Source: a virus (taxonomy: Duplodnaviria > Caudoviricetes). From it: DNA of 58,560 nt. Both the position numbers and the translations under genes were made by a program. The stretch's first letter is position 1; each line of letters begins with the position of its first letter. Below the pieces are notes generated by a model. It searched no databases and was not told where the DNA came from. It was given only the letters and a program-made list of their open reading frames with translations. The stretch spans positions 1 to 58,560 of IMG/VR virus record IMGVR_UViG_3300020179_000036. One strand, given 5' to 3'. This document shows, one piece after another, positions 56,765 through 58,560 of this stretch.

Positions 56765-56917
56765 GTTTGTACAACTGTACAACTTTTTTCCCCAAGTCCC
56801 TTTGTCAACCAGTTATTTTATGGGCACAATATTGCCGTACACGGTAAATGTACAGGCAAGGCACAGGATTATTTGCTGACTAAAAAACTTTGAAACACAA
56901 AGAGAGGAGTAATTGCA

Positions 56918-58021
56918 ATGTCAGGCAAAAGGGACGGCATCCGTCAGCGCGGCAACAGCTGGTTGGTGGATGTCCAAGTCAACGGCAAGCGGCGCACAGC
57001 CACTTGCCACACCTATGACGAGGCACGGATTAAACGGCTTCAGCTTGAAGCCGATATGCGCAGCGGGGTAGCAAAGCAACAGCAAGCTGACCCTGCCTGC
57101 TGGACTTTACGCATGGCACTGAACACTTCAATGGCAGTGCGCTGGACTAACAGCAAGAACGAAACCAAGGCCAAGGCTACGGCTGAGGAGGCGCTTGAGT
57201 TCTTTGGCGATGACCGTGGGCTTGACACGATCAAGACCGCTGACGTCGACCAGTACGTGGCGCACCTCAAGAACAAGGCAAAGAACGGACCAGCCACCAT
57301 CAACCGCAAGCTGGCTGCGCTGTCTGCCCTGTTCACCGACGCAATGGAACGGGAGGGGTGCACCAGGCGCCCTCGCATCATCCGCCAGCCGGAGCCGACG
57401 CACCGCATCCGCTACCTGGCAGTTGACGAGGAGATGATGGCGCTGTCCCTGCTGCAGCAGTGGCAACAGCCCACCATCAAGGAGACAGTCATTACCCTGA
57501 TCGACACCGGCATGCGGGTTGGTGAGCTGCTCAAGCTGTCAGTGCGGGATGTTGACCTGAATGAAAACATCATCAGCATCTGGCAGAACAAGGGCGACTT
57601 GCCCCGCTCTGTCCCCATGACTGATCGTGTTCGGCAGATCATTGAGGCACGCTGCGAACGCAGCCGTGGCTTGGTGTTCTTTGACCTGAACCGAGAGGTG
57701 CTGCGGTACTACTGGGATCGCGTGCGTTCAGCGATGGACTTGGACGACGACGATCAGTTTGTGCCGCACGCCTTACGTCACACCTGTGCAACCAGGCTGG
57801 TGCAGGCAGGCGTCAGCCTGTTTGTGGTGCAAAAGCTGCTGGGCCACAGCACCATCACCGTCACTCAAAAGTACGCACACCTTGCGCAGTCCAACCTGCG
57901 GGAAGCCATTGACGTACTACAAGGGAAAGTGGTCCCCGCCTCGCAACCTGTTGCGGAGATTCGCAACATTGTTGCGGAGCTGGATGCAAGCAAGAGGCAT
58001 GCCACATCCGTAAATGCTTGA
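56918..58021 (+). CDS. int: Tyrosine integrase, phage X
   Basis: DTGMRVGE, NKG, HALRHT, LGHS and QKYAH motifs; GAGGAG Shine-Dalgarno. Confidence 0.95.
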   Translation: MSGKRDGIRQRGNSWLVDVQVNGKRRTATCHTYDEARIKRLQLEADMRSGVAKQQQADPACWTLRMALNTSMAVRWTNSKNETKAKATAEEALEFFGDDRGLDTIKTADVDQYVAHLKNKAKNGPATINRKLAALSALFTDAMEREGCTRRPRIIRQPEPTHRIRYLAVDEEMMALSLLQQWQQPTIKETVITLIDTGMRVGELLKLSVRDVDLNENIISIWQNKGDLPRSVPMTDRVRQIIEARCERSRGLVFFDLNREVLRYYWDRVRSAMDLDDDDQFVPHALRHTCATRLVQAGVSLFVVQKLLGHSTITVTQKYAHLAQSNLREAIDVLQGKVVPASQPVAEIRNIVAELDASKRHATSVNA

Positions 58022-58027
58022 TTTGTT

Positions 58028-58080
58028 TGGTGCCCGGGGCGGGAGTCGAACCCGCATGGCATATGCCTAGGGATTTTAAG
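58028..58080 (-). other. attP core of phage X: 3' half of tRNA-Leu(TAA)
   Basis: Minus strand CT-TAA-AA-TCCC, long variable arm, GCGGG-TTCGACT-CCCGC T-arm, then CCCGGGCACCA; the 5' half is absent. Confidence 0.85.
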
Positions 58081-58135
58081 ACGGACTTAATCCCTGCCCC
58101 CGGCGCTGAACGCAACTCCATGAAACACAAAGACA

Positions 58136-58560
58136 ATGGATGCGTTGCAGCACCAGGTTTCTCAGTCCCAGCCACCCATTTGTTGCAGGACTAACGCCGA
58201 TCAGCTGGCCCTTGAAGCTGAGATGTTTCAGCTGGGGGCTGACCGGCAGGAGCTGATCACCAACATGCGGCGTGCTGCCCGCATGGAGTCCCTTTCCAAG
58301 TACGGGGAGGTGCTCACGGTGGTAGGCATCGACAAGGTGGTAGGCGTCTTGGCCCACCACCGACGCCAGCTAGAGCGTGGCAAGGCAGGTCGTACCTACG
58401 CCTACCTGAACCCCTTGCGGCAGATCACCCCCAAACGGGCAGCCGCAGTAGGTGTGCGGGTGGTGCTGGATCAGATCACCCACACCACCAAGCTGCATGC
58501 CCTGGCCTACCACCTGGCCGACATGCTGTGGATGGAGACCATGCTGGCCCGGGCTACCAC
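58136..58560 (+). CDS. T7-like RNA polymerase N-terminus, phage X (runs off the window)
   Basis: DQLALEAEMFQLG...ESLSKYG...VVLDQIT resembles the N-terminus of 17862-20273; same int-attP-RNAP order. Confidence 0.8.
   Translation, partial: MDALQHQVSQSQPPICCRTNADQLALEAEMFQLGADRQELITNMRRAARMESLSKYGEVLTVVGIDKVVGVLAHHRRQLERGKAGRTYAYLNPLRQITPKRAAAVGVRVVLDQITHTTKLHALAYHLADMLWMETMLARAT

Noticed and set aside
17707-58080. Tandem prophages bounded by attL/attR at these two sites
   Set aside because: The two cores are different tRNAs in opposite orientation, each has its own arm repeats on both sides, and the phage Y operator motif continues across 17.7 kb.

Overview
The window is entirely phage DNA and holds two distantly related temperate T7-like (Autographiviridae-type) podophage genomes, probably infecting picocyanobacteria (host is inferred from gene families and tRNA fragments). 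They are joined through a shared ~4.17-kb direct repeat (3721-7886 and 43839-48004, offset 40,118 bp). The repeat carries the distal tail fibre plus a complete BPP-1-type diversity-generating retroelement: Mtd-like target with VR, avd, TR and RT, with 19 TR/VR differences, all at TR adenines. The 40,118-bp unit between the repeats ('phage Y') is a complete circularly permuted genome: lysis/terminase, genome-end region, ArdC, HTH regulators, integrase, attP (5' half of a CAT-anticodon tRNA), RNA polymerase, SSB/RusA/exonuclease and a full T7-like virion module. It has no recognisable DNA polymerase or primase-helicase. The flanks ('phage X') give the end of an internal virion protein on the left. 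On the right they give lysis, terminase, genome ends, early genes, integrase, attP (3' half of tRNA-Leu TAA) and the start of a second RNA polymerase. A 16-bp palindromic operator-like motif marks at least 14 gene starts in phage Y only. The arrangement is either a real cointegrate or an assembly chimera through the shared DGR cassette. All family calls come from motif recognition by eye, with no database searches.
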